35,081 nt of DNA from a virus (taxonomy: Duplodnaviria > Caudoviricetes): positions 1 through 35,081 of the IMG/VR virus record IMGVR_UViG_3300020045_005634. The stretch is one strand, 5' to 3'. The translations under genes were made by a program, and so were the position numbers. The notes under the pieces are model-generated. The model had not been told where the DNA came from and did not search any database. It worked only from the letters and a program-made list of their open reading frames with translations. Each line of letters starts with the position of its first letter. The stretch's first letter is position 1. This document shows positions 18,115 through 26,327 of this stretch, one piece after another.

Positions 18115-18705
18115 ATGAACCAGACCAACCCCCCGCCTAGCGAAGTAAAAGAAGTGACAATCAACTCTAGCCTTAAGCTCGTGGAAATACCCTACAAGGT
18201 CAAGGTTCCAGTCTTTGAGGATGTTGAGGTTAAGAAGGCCGTGTTTGTGGATGAGCAGGTTATCCGCCCGTTGGGGATTGAGAAGCTCATCGTGGAGCTT
18301 GTGGATGAGGCCGTATCCAAGCTGTTCAACAAGATTGACCTGACACTCATTGCGAGGTTGGATGCCGCGATTGACACCCGCATCAAGGAAATCAAGTACC
18401 CGAAGCTGGTTGAGGAGGTCACGGTCACTCATAAGTCTGTGGAAGTGGAACGCCCCGTATTCAAGGATGTAGAGGTGTCCCGCCCGACCTTCAAGGATGT
18501 CGAGGTCATTAACCCAATAATTAAGAATGTTGAAGTCGTAAACGCCGTGGTGGTTGACCAGACTGTAATCAACGCTGACATCAAAGATATTAAGGTTACC
18601 AATGCCATCATTACTGACGTGCCTGTAGACAGAGCAGTGATTAGGGAGCAAATAGTCAATGTTACCCACAAGATGTGTCATGACCAGAATGGGAACCCGC
18701 TTTGA
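18115..18705 (+). CDS. V/E/K/P-rich repeat protein (alveolin/IMCp-like)
   Basis: VEVERPVFKDVEVSRPTFKDVEVINPIIKNVEV, roughly 10-aa periodicity. Confidence 0.65.
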   Translation: MNQTNPPPSEVKEVTINSSLKLVEIPYKVKVPVFEDVEVKKAVFVDEQVIRPLGIEKLIVELVDEAVSKLFNKIDLTLIARLDAAIDTRIKEIKYPKLVEEVTVTHKSVEVERPVFKDVEVSRPTFKDVEVINPIIKNVEVVNAVVVDQTVINADIKDIKVTNAIITDVPVDRAVIREQIVNVTHKMCHDQNGNPL

Positions 18706-19598
18706 GCGTTAGACAACCACACCCAGTTTCATCTGGAGGTTCTGGCACAGTAACAGAGGTCTCTGTAGTCACTGCTAATGGACTATCAGGAACAGTCGCT
18801 ACTGCTACAACCACCCCAGAAATCACATTAAATATTACAGCTCTTGATTCCACAAAGATTGCAGATGGAACAGTCACGAACACTGAGTTCCAATACATAG
18901 GTGGGCTGACTAGCGATGCCCAGACTCAAATCAATGCTAAGGCTCCCACAGCAAGCCCCACATTTACAGGTACTGTAACCATCCCGACCCCATTCACCAT
19001 TGGCGCAGTATCAATGACCGCGACTGGTACTGAGCTTAACTATGTGGATGGGGTAACCTCAGCCATTCAGACTCAGTTGGATGCAAAGGCTCCACTAGCT
19101 AGTCCTACTTTTACTGGAACAGTAGTCCTCCCGACCACAACAGTTGGTGGCGTAGCCACTCTATCAGAGAACTCCTCCATCGCTCTTGACCCTGCTGGTT
19201 CAGCAGACGGAAAATACACTGGGATTACTGTAACAGGAACTGCTGGGGCTACACTAGCATTTGGAGACTTGGTATACCTAGCTGTTGCAGAATCTCGTTG
19301 GGAGCTTACCGATGCTGACGCAGCATCAACATCTGGTGGTGTTCTCATTGGAATGTGTGTACTAGCCGCTGCCTCTGACGGAAACGCAACTAACATCCTA
19401 CTCCAAGGCATCATTCGTGCTGATACCGCCTTCCCAGATGTCACCATTGGTGCCCCGGTCTATGTGTCTACGGACCCAGGTGACATTCAAGTAGCCCAGC
19501 CAAGTGGGGTAGATGACGTTATTAGAGTAGTAGGTTTCGGACTGACCATAAACGAAATCTATTTTAACCCATCCGCAGACTACATCACTCACACATGA
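18702..19598 (+). CDS. Putative tail fibre / decoration protein
   Basis: Two TExxYxxGxTSxxQTQxxAKAPxASPTFTGTV repeats; C-terminal AGATLAFGDLVY...GAPVYVS...VGFG domain. Confidence 0.65.
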   Translation: MSVRQPHPVSSGGSGTVTEVSVVTANGLSGTVATATTTPEITLNITALDSTKIADGTVTNTEFQYIGGLTSDAQTQINAKAPTASPTFTGTVTIPTPFTIGAVSMTATGTELNYVDGVTSAIQTQLDAKAPLASPTFTGTVVLPTTTVGGVATLSENSSIALDPAGSADGKYTGITVTGTAGATLAFGDLVYLAVAESRWELTDADAASTSGGVLIGMCVLAAASDGNATNILLQGIIRADTAFPDVTIGAPVYVSTDPGDIQVAQPSGVDDVIRVVGFGLTINEIYFNPSADYITHT

Positions 19599-19858
19599 TA
19601 AATTTTCCAATTGATTGCGTAACCCCAAATGACAGAATTGAATACTGCTATATTGCTCAGGAAGCCCTGCGTATCGAGCACAACTCAATCGGTAAGGACT
19701 ACCGAGATGGAAAGATTAACAAGAGTGTTTTTGAAGCATACGTAGTAGCAAGGTTCAAATCAAAGCAACGTCAAATCATAGACGCAATGCTTGCCCAGAA
19801 AGAATTGTTACAGAAGTCTGCCCGTTGGTCCGTGGATTTAAACGAATTAGATGGCTAA
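19595..19858 (+). CDS. Hypothetical protein
   Basis: ATGA coupling upstream; overlaps the next gene. Confidence 0.6.
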   Translation: MINFPIDCVTPNDRIEYCYIAQEALRIEHNSIGKDYRDGKINKSVFEAYVVARFKSKQRQIIDAMLAQKELLQKSARWSVDLNELDG

Positions 19859-20534
19859 CGAAGACTTCACAACATATACAGAGACTGATGATAGCAGTAC
19901 ACTAACCGTTACTTCTTCCAGAGTTACTTTCACTTCTACCCCATTTGCACACACAACACAAGCACACCACGTAACAAAAGACCACGGAGCTTCACACTTC
20001 GGCGACTTTGAACACCTATTGACCGTTCTCCACAGCGCAACAACTACATCACAGTGGGGTACACAATGGTCCATGGATAACGCTGGAACAGGGCATGACG
20101 GATTTGCGGGTGGCGGTGATGTGTTGATGGTAATACCAGAGGCAGATTTCAGCGCAGCAATTTACGATAGCTCAACAACAAATTATGACGGCCCAGCGGC
20201 AACATACGAAAACACAGTCTTATATGTAAAGATAGCCCGTACTGGCACCACATTCACAATGGAAATATATGATGACTCTGGCAGAACAAACCTTCTTGCT
20301 ACTCTTTCTATTACTTGCTCAAGCACCGCATTTAGGTACTTAAGCGTTGCCGCTGGTTTTGTTGGAATAGATGACTCATACAACACAACTGGGTATGTAG
20401 AGAACCTTGACCTGCAAGAAGGTGGTGGCGGTGGTTCATCTATAAAAACATGGAATGGACTTGCCGATGCCAGCACAAAGACAGTCAATGGACTTGCTAG
20501 AGCATCAGTTAAAACTTGGGATGGGCTTGCATGA
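19851..20534 (+). CDS. Putative lectin-like beta-sandwich virion protein
   Basis: EDFTTYTETD start, YVKIARTGTTFTMEIY, Gly linker, three 11-aa C-terminal repeats (KTxxGLA). Confidence 0.55.
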   Translation: MANEDFTTYTETDDSSTLTVTSSRVTFTSTPFAHTTQAHHVTKDHGASHFGDFEHLLTVLHSATTTSQWGTQWSMDNAGTGHDGFAGGGDVLMVIPEADFSAAIYDSSTTNYDGPAATYENTVLYVKIARTGTTFTMEIYDDSGRTNLLATLSITCSSTAFRYLSVAAGFVGIDDSYNTTGYVENLDLQEGGGGGSSIKTWNGLADASTKTVNGLARASVKTWDGLA

Positions 20535-20800
20535 TGGAAGAACGCCGAGGTGACGGTGAGATGAGACAGGCCATAGCCCTTCTCCAGCGTGACTTAGAGT
20601 ACATCAAGGAGAAGATTGACAACAACTTTGATGACTTTAAGGACCATATTGAGCCGGCGCAGGAGTTCAGGGACAAGGTATCTGGGATTAAGAACATCAA
20701 GGAGGCTCTTGAGTCCCATACGACCGCCGATCGCTGGTTATTCGCCCTGATGTACTCCATGCAGATTGCGATATTCACTAAGGTTGTGGGGGTATGGTGA
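20531..20800 (+). CDS. Coiled-coil protein with C-terminal TM helix (XhlA/holin-accessory-like)
   Basis: ATGA coupling; AIALLQRDLEYIK coiled coil and a hydrophobic tail. Confidence 0.55.
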   Translation: MMEERRGDGEMRQAIALLQRDLEYIKEKIDNNFDDFKDHIEPAQEFRDKVSGIKNIKEALESHTTADRWLFALMYSMQIAIFTKVVGVW

Positions 20801-20997
20801 TGGGGGCTGGACAATACATGGATAGCGACAACGAGTTATTCACCAAGCTCCGCATCGACATGGCGGTGCTCTCGACAAAGCTTGAGAAGGCCGAAGAAGC
20901 CTTGGAGTTGGCCCACCGTAATAACCTGGCAAGCGTGGCATTGGCTATAACGATTACTGGCGTTGTAGTTGGCGCGATACTGAAGTTTTTCGCATGA
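20794..20997 (+). CDS. Second coiled-coil protein with C-terminal TM helix
   Basis: LRIDMAVLSTKLEKAE followed by VALAITITGVVVGAILKFF. Confidence 0.55.
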   Translation: MVMGAGQYMDSDNELFTKLRIDMAVLSTKLEKAEEALELAHRNNLASVALAITITGVVVGAILKFFA

Positions 20998-21124
20998 GAG
21001 ACCGCGCCCTGTCAATACAAGCATCCATATCCTCATTCCAAAGGTCAACCTTGGTGTTCAGCAAGCGGGCTTGTAGGCACTCGCCAGCACAGAAATCACA
21101 CCAGAGCCTATCCTCTCTATTCAT
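20954..21124 (-). CDS. Small CxxC protein antisense to the lysis region
   Basis: GGAGG RBS before ATG 21124; MNREDRLWCDFCAGEC; TATAAT on the minus strand just upstream. Confidence 0.45.
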   Translation of the reverse strand: MNREDRLWCDFCAGECLQARLLNTKVDLWNEDMDACIDRARSLMRKTSVSRQLQRQ

Positions 21125-21241
21125 GGTAATCCCCTCCATGTGGGCGATTATACAAGGAGAATTAATGGGTGCTATCGGGTGTTAGTCGTAATATCCCATA
21201 GGGGATTAGGTAAGTTGGTCGTAGGATAACAAGGAGGAATT

Positions 21242-21439
21242 ATGGACATCAGCGGAATCGTAGCTTGGATTACTAGCAACTGGGATGACATCCTGAAGGT
21301 GTACCTGTCGATTGTCGGCTTGGCTTCCATCATTGTGAAGCTGACCCCGACGCTCAAGGATGATGATGTGCTGAAAGGCATCGTGCGCTTCCTTGGGAAG
21401 TATGTTGCCCTCAACAGAGGGTCTGGCCCAAACGCCTAA
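21242..21439 (+). CDS. Putative holin-like membrane protein
   Basis: AAGGAGG RBS; TM helix followed by IIVKLTPTLKDD, a motif common in small phage lysis-region proteins. Confidence 0.6.
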   Translation: MDISGIVAWITSNWDDILKVYLSIVGLASIIVKLTPTLKDDDVLKGIVRFLGKYVALNRGSGPNA

Positions 21440-21708
21440 TCCAAGACCTGCGTAGGCTAGATGCGCTTCTTGGGATAATCAAGACCCTAGCCGATGTGAG
21501 GGTTTCCAAAGGGTTCCTGCATGGTATGCCAATAATTCAGGTAAGGATTGGCTCCATCTGGAACCCCGAGGATACCAAGATTGTGGATAATACCTTGAGC
21601 AAGTTGAAGGAAAGAGTTATTGCTGAGGAGCGAGATGCTAATGGACACTTCAGACGCCTCACACTCTCATTCGAGTAAGTGGAGGTGCTGTAGGTTGTGG
21701 AGACCTAA

Positions 21709-21777
21709 CTAGGTCCTAGGTTTGTTGATAAAGAATAGCACAATGAGTGCTAGGACTATAAAGTAGAATATCAGCAT
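21709..21777 (-). CDS. 22-aa single-TM peptide
   Basis: MLIFYFIVLALIVLFFINKPRT; start overlaps the upstream stop. Confidence 0.4.
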   Translation of the reverse strand: MLIFYFIVLALIVLFFINKPRT

Positions 21778-21884
21778 CACTCACCATCCATCAGCATAAT
21801 TACCACCACCGCAATTACCACAAGCATAATGTCCACCAGTAGGTAGAATAATCCCCGGTTGTTCTCATGTCTCTCTCCTCTCAC
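21777..21884 (-). CDS. 35-aa single-TM peptide
   Basis: GTGA coupling; MRGERHENNRGLFYLLVDIMLVVIAVVVIMLMDGE. Confidence 0.45.
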   Translation of the reverse strand: MRGERHENNRGLFYLLVDIMLVVIAVVVIMLMDGE

Positions 21885-21976
21885 AGAGTCCACATCCCGT
21901 GACCTGTGCTGTACATGTGGTTCTCAAGCTCGTAGTCATGTAAGAACACCTCTCCACAAGCATAGCAAGTCATCAT
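21881..21976 (-). CDS. 31-aa stand-alone C2H2 zinc finger
   Basis: MMTCYACGEVFLHDYELENHMYSTGHGMWTL fits C-x2-C-x3-F-x5-L-x2-H-x5-H; coupled by ATGA and GTGA overlaps. Confidence 0.62.
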   Translation of the reverse strand: MMTCYACGEVFLHDYELENHMYSTGHGMWTL

Positions 21977-22165
21977 ATCAGTGAGCTATGTCCTTTCCAC
22001 TTGGGTACATTGTTGTTGGGCTTATCATCCTCTATGGGCTTTGGCTTCTTCTTAGCCAACCCGTGGGTCCAGATGGGCTTGCGCTTATCCAACTTGAGGA
22101 GATAGTCTGGTATCTTAACGCTGGTTGATAGCTTCTCATCCTTTCCTAAGTCAAGCTCGTATACT
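21973..22165 (-). CDS. Basic hypothetical protein; its 5' end is probably lost at the junction
   Basis: K-rich ORF coupled to the zinc-finger gene; its apparent start (22185) lies in the GC-rich segment. Confidence 0.4.
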
Positions 22166-22657
22166 GACCGCCTCCGCTTCTTCATTGGCCTCGATATTGT
22201 TAGCGGCGGCGTTTCGCTGTGCCTCTGCGGCTAGGTCAGCAATGCGTTGTGCTTCCTCTCGCGCGGCTCTGGCGATAGCCTCTTGTTCGTCGGCCAATTT
22301 CTTGAGCCAAGGCGCTAGGGTAGCCTTCAGCGCCTTGATGGCGAGAGCCGTCTTTCCGGGGTTTTTGTTTGTGATTGGCGCAATGAGCGGATTGTATCGC
22401 GCCTGAACCTCGGCCTTTCCGTCGTCAAACGGCTTGGCTTCGTTCTTGCGTTCGTTTTCCGCGCCGGTCTCAGCTTCCTGAATCTGGCGCATGAGGGTTT
22501 GGACGGCCTCCGCTTGCTCTGGCGTCTGGATAGGCTCGCCGTTAGCGTATCTTGCAATAGTACCACGGTGCATCCCGAGCGTGTCGGCCAGTTGAGTTTT
22601 CCAGCCATGACGCCCGTAAAGGCGCTGACCGGCGAGAATGAAGTCATCTGCTTTCAT
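22151..22657 (-). CDS. HTH (Cro/XRE-like) domain fused to a truncated coiled-coil phage protein
   Basis: GWKTQLADTLGMHRGTIARYANG is HTH-like; it continues into EAKPFDDGKAEVQARY and an A/E-rich coiled coil that stops at the junction. Confidence 0.55.
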   Translation of the reverse strand: MKADDFILAGQRLYGRHGWKTQLADTLGMHRGTIARYANGEPIQTPEQAEAVQTLMRQIQEAETGAENERKNEAKPFDDGKAEVQARYNPLIAPITNKNPGKTALAIKALKATLAPWLKKLADEQEAIARAAREEAQRIADLAAEAQRNAAANNIEANEEAEAVSIRA

Positions 22658-22770
22658 GCCATTACCGTACACCATGAGATTAGTGACGCAACAATAAAAA
22701 CGCATCACGCATCATTTTGTCGTTGACGGGCGTGCTGTGACGTGGCGTTATGGCTCCAACGAAAACGGAG
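22658..22770. promoter_or_regulatory. Divergent promoter region
   Basis: Leftward TTGCGT-N16-TACGGT-N6-ATG (leaderless-like); rightward TTGACG at 22723-22728; CGCATCA x2 at 22701-22714; three TGACG copies. Confidence 0.45.
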
Positions 22771-22777
22771 CGAACAG

Positions 22778-23077
22778 ATGCAAGTGGAAGCCACAACCAC
22801 CATTGAGATTGAAATCAGCCTGTCTGGCTCGATCCAGCCGCGTCAGTCTCAGACGCACAATGATCCAGGCCATGACGCTTTCTCGGAAGACGTGACGGTT
22901 GAGGATTTTGGGGGCGTGGTTACCTTGCCAAGGGCGGGGCTTATGCGTCGGTGGAAAACCGTCAGCTTCCTCAAAGGCGTGGACTGCACACAGCCTGATG
23001 TGATCCGGCTGCTCAACAATATCCGCGAGTTTCTTGGCGATGATGCCGATGACGCGCTTTTGGAGGCTGGGCTGTGA
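22778..23077 (+). CDS. Hypothetical early protein
   Basis: GGAG RBS and ATG 22778; first gene of the coupled + strand run. Confidence 0.65.
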   Translation: MQVEATTTIEIEISLSGSIQPRQSQTHNDPGHDAFSEDVTVEDFGGVVTLPRAGLMRRWKTVSFLKGVDCTQPDVIRLLNNIREFLGDDADDALLEAGL

Positions 23078-23292
23078 AGCGCATTCCTGCATACACGGCG
23101 ACGGCTGGCGTTATCGACGGCGCGTTCTCGGTGATGACCGTAGAGCAAGCCAAAACCCGCGCACATTCACACATTGACGCGATGATCGATGGAACCGCCA
23201 TCACAAGCGACGAATCCACGCTGGCAATGATTCACGATCTAGTCTTGGCAATCCGCCAAGCGGTTAAGACTTTAGAGGGAGAGACGGAATGA
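23074..23292 (+). CDS. Hypothetical early protein
   Basis: GGAGG RBS; GTGA coupling. Confidence 0.6.
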   Translation: MKRIPAYTATAGVIDGAFSVMTVEQAKTRAHSHIDAMIDGTAITSDESTLAMIHDLVLAIRQAVKTLEGETE

Positions 23293-23621
23293 CCGACAAG
23301 CTAAAGGACTACAAAGACGGCGACCGTGCGCGGATAACTATTGAAGGGCGCTTCAAGAAAAGCGCTTACACCCCCTCTCTTCTTTTTGTTCCTGACGGGA
23401 CGGACACCGGGGGCACTATCGACCAATATGCCGAAAGCCAATCCTTCACCATCGAAAAGCTATCTACCCCTCCCGTTGTAGGGGATAGGGTGACTTGGGG
23501 AGCGGGCTACACAAACGACTGGCGGCTTGTCGCTATCGTGGACGGCCGAGCCATCATGTGGAATGGCTTGAAGTCTCTGGATCGTCCGATTGAAGAAGTC
23601 AGGAAAGAGGTCGAGCAATGA
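23289..23621 (+). CDS. Hypothetical early protein
   Basis: ATGA coupling; GGAG RBS. Confidence 0.65.
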   Translation: MTDKLKDYKDGDRARITIEGRFKKSAYTPSLLFVPDGTDTGGTIDQYAESQSFTIEKLSTPPVVGDRVTWGAGYTNDWRLVAIVDGRAIMWNGLKSLDRPIEEVRKEVEQ

Positions 23622-23866
23622 TCCGCAAAATCCTAGCCGCTTTCGTCTATCCGTGGTTCCTTGAAGGCCCGCGCTTTACGTTGGATGACGTGAACCGGAT
23701 GAAGCAAGACCAGATTAAGCGTCGTCTGGCGTCTATCCGAGACCTTAAGGCGTCTTTGCGCGAAGACATTGGCAAGGCCCGCAGGCAGAAGAAGGCCAGA
23801 AAGACGCTTTACGCTGAAATGGAGGCTCTGACCTCGGAGCAACTACGGCTGGAGGCGATTCTGTGA
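23618..23866 (+). CDS. Hypothetical basic coiled-coil protein
   Basis: ATGA coupling; GAGG RBS. Confidence 0.6.
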   Translation: MIRKILAAFVYPWFLEGPRFTLDDVNRMKQDQIKRRLASIRDLKASLREDIGKARRQKKARKTLYAEMEALTSEQLRLEAIL

Positions 23867-24048
23867 CGCCAGAGTTCGCGAAAGCTGAGCGGGGTAGAAT
23901 TTGGCTCAATGGCCCGATGGGCTGGGAACCTCATTACGGCCTGTATTGCCGAGCCTTGGCCGAAGAGTTGAAGGCCCTTAACCCCGTCGCCCATGCCGAA
24001 CAAATCAAGCAGATTGAGGCCGCATTGGAAGGACACCCGCATAAATGA
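23863..24048 (+). CDS. Hypothetical protein
   Basis: GGAGG RBS; GTGA and ATGA coupling. Confidence 0.55.
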   Translation: MTPEFAKAERGRIWLNGPMGWEPHYGLYCRALAEELKALNPVAHAEQIKQIEAALEGHPHK

Positions 24049-24842
24049 CGTTCAGACCAGACCAGATCGCGGCGCTACAAGCTCCGCTAGACCGAAAGGT
24101 CGTGAAGGAGCGAGAGCAAGCCGGGCGCAAGCTATCCTATATCGAGGCGTGGCAAGCCATCGCAGAGGCCAACCGGATTTTTGGCTTTGACGCATGGAAT
24201 CGGGAAACCGTCGAAATGCGTCAGCTTGGCGAGACGCGATGCGTACAGGATAAGTACGGCAAAGATCAGTTTCGCGTCGGCTATATGGCGAAGGTTCGCA
24301 TTGTCGTTTGGCCTCCGATTGATGAAGGCGGGTTTTCGCCGTCACACGTCATTCGCGAGGGCACGGGGTTCGGGTCCGGCTTCGACAAAGACCCCGATCA
24401 GGCCCACGAAAGCGCCATCAAAGAGGCTGAGAGCGACGCGATGAAGCGGGCTCTTATGACGTTCGGAAACCCGTTTGGTCTGGCGCTGTATGACAAGACG
24501 CAAGCCAACGTCCAGAATGTCCCTGTAGAGCCCCGCAAAGCTCCCGGCGCTATCGAGACAGGAGAACAGCCGCCAAGGGATAGGGGTCCGTCAGAGCCGG
24601 GCGCAAAAGACTGGTGGGGCGCAGAAGGTCCAGGCATGACCGCTAATCAAGCCAAGAAAGACGGCTTTGATGATCGCCACGAACAGATGCGCTCTCAAAT
24701 CGACACACTGAAAACGGCGCAAGAATGGAAAGATTGGTGCGCTGAAAATACCGCTGACATCAAGCTAATGCCTCGCGCGTGGCGTGAGATTTTGAGAACC
24801 GAAGCCGAGGAAGTCGGCAAATTTCTAGGAGCAATACAATGA
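24045..24842 (+). CDS. Rad52/Rad22-family single-strand annealing protein (Sak type)
   Basis: LSYIEAWQAIAEANRIFGFDAW; REGTGFG; HESAIKEAESDAMKRALMTFGNPFGLALYDK. Confidence 0.93.
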   Translation: MTFRPDQIAALQAPLDRKVVKEREQAGRKLSYIEAWQAIAEANRIFGFDAWNRETVEMRQLGETRCVQDKYGKDQFRVGYMAKVRIVVWPPIDEGGFSPSHVIREGTGFGSGFDKDPDQAHESAIKEAESDAMKRALMTFGNPFGLALYDKTQANVQNVPVEPRKAPGAIETGEQPPRDRGPSEPGAKDWWGAEGPGMTANQAKKDGFDDRHEQMRSQIDTLKTAQEWKDWCAENTADIKLMPRAWREILRTEAEEVGKFLGAIQ

Positions 24843-25198
24843 CCAAATGGACGCTTGAACAAGCCGTCGCGCTATGCCGAAAGATTGAGGATGTAGTGCC
24901 GCCGTTTGGCTGTCACGTCGCTTTGACAGGCGGGACTCTGTATAAAGACGGCGCTCGCAAAGACCTCGACATCCTGTTTTATCGCATTCGTCAGCGCGAC
25001 GAAATCGACATGGATGGCTTGTGGAAGGCCCTTGCTGGGATCGGCATCGAAAAGCTGTCTGGCTTTGGGTGGTGCTACAAGGCCGACACTGAGGATGGGA
25101 AGCATATCGACTGCTTCTTTCCCGAGGAACAGGGCGGGGTTTACGAGAACGAATCTGACGTGATTGACCTTGATAAATACGCTGAAGCCATTCGCTAG
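24839..25198 (+). CDS. Minimal nucleotidyltransferase-fold protein (Pol beta superfamily)
   Basis: VALTGGTL..RKDLDIL (hGG-x-DhD) with a third acidic residue in HIDCFF. Confidence 0.6.
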   Translation: MTKWTLEQAVALCRKIEDVVPPFGCHVALTGGTLYKDGARKDLDILFYRIRQRDEIDMDGLWKALAGIGIEKLSGFGWCYKADTEDGKHIDCFFPEEQGGVYENESDVIDLDKYAEAIR

Positions 25199-25210
25199 TT
25201 AGGAAAAAAC

Positions 25211-25468
25211 ATGACCGAAGTTACCGAAGCAATGACCATCGCCGCGCAAGGCCGTCTGCGTACCTTTATCGAGCGCGTGTCGCGTCTGGATGATGACAAG
25301 GTGGCAATCGCCGCCGACATCAAAGAGGTTCTGGCGGAAGCCAAGGGCGAAGGATACGACACAAAGGTGATCCGCAAGGTGGTCCGGTTGCTGCGAATCG
25401 ACAAGGCCAAGCGTCAGGAAGAAGACGCCATCACCGATATGTATATGGCAGCGATTGGCGAGGCGTAG
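25211..25468 (+). CDS. gapR: GapR / DUF2312 (UPF0335) DNA-binding protein
   Basis: LRTFIERVSRL..K..IAADIKEVLAEAKGEGYDTKVIRKVVRL...QEEDAITDMYMAAIG. Confidence 0.92.
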   Translation: MTEVTEAMTIAAQGRLRTFIERVSRLDDDKVAIAADIKEVLAEAKGEGYDTKVIRKVVRLLRIDKAKRQEEDAITDMYMAAIGEA

Positions 25469-25903
25469 GTGAATGAGTCGGCCCCGATCCTGCTACGTCG
25501 TCAGGGCCGCTTTCTTGTGCCGCTGGACGCTGTGACCGAGGCTTTCATTGAGAGCCTTCCGCACGGCAAAACACTGAGGGCGAGGGACATAACGCAACCT
25601 CGCTCTCGCCAGCGGAACCGGCTATATTGGGCGCTGCTACAGCTTACGTCCGAGAACCTGACTGACGTTCCCGTAAAGGGGCTTCACGAATGGATGAAGG
25701 TTCGGCTGGGGATCACGGTCGCTATCCCGCTCAAGAACGGCCGCACAGAATACGTCCCTGGCTCAATCGCCTTTGATGCAATGAGTGAAGAAAGTTTCGC
25801 CCCCTATCTCGACAGAACCATAAGCCTGATTTGCGACGAACTGCTGCCGGGCTTGAACAAAGAGGATGCACTAGCGATGGCTAAGAGCATGATTGGACAA
25901 TGA
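25469..25903 (+). CDS. DUF1367 / NinB-like recombination-associated protein
   Basis: PRSRQRNRLYWALL; LHEWMK; VPGSIAFDAMSEESF. Confidence 0.75.
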   Translation: MNESAPILLRRQGRFLVPLDAVTEAFIESLPHGKTLRARDITQPRSRQRNRLYWALLQLTSENLTDVPVKGLHEWMKVRLGITVAIPLKNGRTEYVPGSIAFDAMSEESFAPYLDRTISLICDELLPGLNKEDALAMAKSMIGQ

Positions 25904-26151
25904 ACAGACTTGAACGATTCCGCATATGGCTGGCTTTTCGGCTTGTCAGTGGGCTTGGATGGCGTGAGCGTAAAGTTGCCGCCAAACGTATCTACCCCGC
26001 GTTCAACCGTTCGGTTTGCGTCGGGGAAGAAGCGGTAACGCTTACACTATCGGGAAACCGGATGATTGGATGGGATATAGAAGGCGCAGCAATCGCCGTA
26101 AATGTTTCAGCAGACGGCGTGATGTCGATAGTCTTTGACGGTGGAAAATGA
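25900..26151 (+). CDS. Hypothetical protein
   Basis: ATGA coupling at both ends. Confidence 0.55.
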   Translation: MNRLERFRIWLAFRLVSGLGWRERKVAAKRIYPAFNRSVCVGEEAVTLTLSGNRMIGWDIEGAAIAVNVSADGVMSIVFDGGK

Positions 26152-26327
26152 CGCTGACAGAAGGTGAATTGCTATACCTCGCCACCACGCTAGGCACAAA
26201 CACCGGCCTTAGCCTGATACGTCCATCAAACGTATTTACGGGAGAGGATGCTATCGTGCTTAGGAACAAGATTGAACTTGAGATAGACCGTAGGAAAGCG
26301 GAGGCTATGCATGTGGCGAACAATTGA
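26148..26327 (+). CDS. 59-aa hypothetical protein (absent from the ORF track)
   Basis: MTLTEGELLYLATTLG...EAMHVANN; ATGA coupling; fills the gap. Confidence 0.55.
   Translation: MTLTEGELLYLATTLGTNTGLSLIRPSNVFTGEDAIVLRNKIELEIDRRKAEAMHVANN

Larger units (their letters stand above)
1..22165 (+). mobile_element. Phage segment A: podovirus-like late region (glycan cluster, tail/ejection genes, holin-like genes)
   Basis: Dense co-oriented overlapping ORFs in adaptor-nozzle-fibre-GNAT-ejection order; no host housekeeping genes. Confidence 0.85.

Noticed and set aside
21155-21185. AAGGAG followed by ATG on + (MGAIGC)
   Set aside because: Only six codons, and it overlaps the likely promoter of the antisense ORF
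21421-21708. Possible spanin-like or other gene after the holin-like ORF
   Set aside because: The frame is open (21496-21678) but has no clear RBS, TM helix or lipobox
1-22165. Genome-wide TAG reassignment (genetic code 15)
   Set aside because: TAG ends genes at sensible boundaries (755, 1551, 9646, 15408), and long ORFs tile the region under code 11; only one internal TAG was found
22140-22200. Prophage att site or IS end at the junction
   Set aside because: No direct or inverted repeat partner, tRNA, integrase or transposase seen
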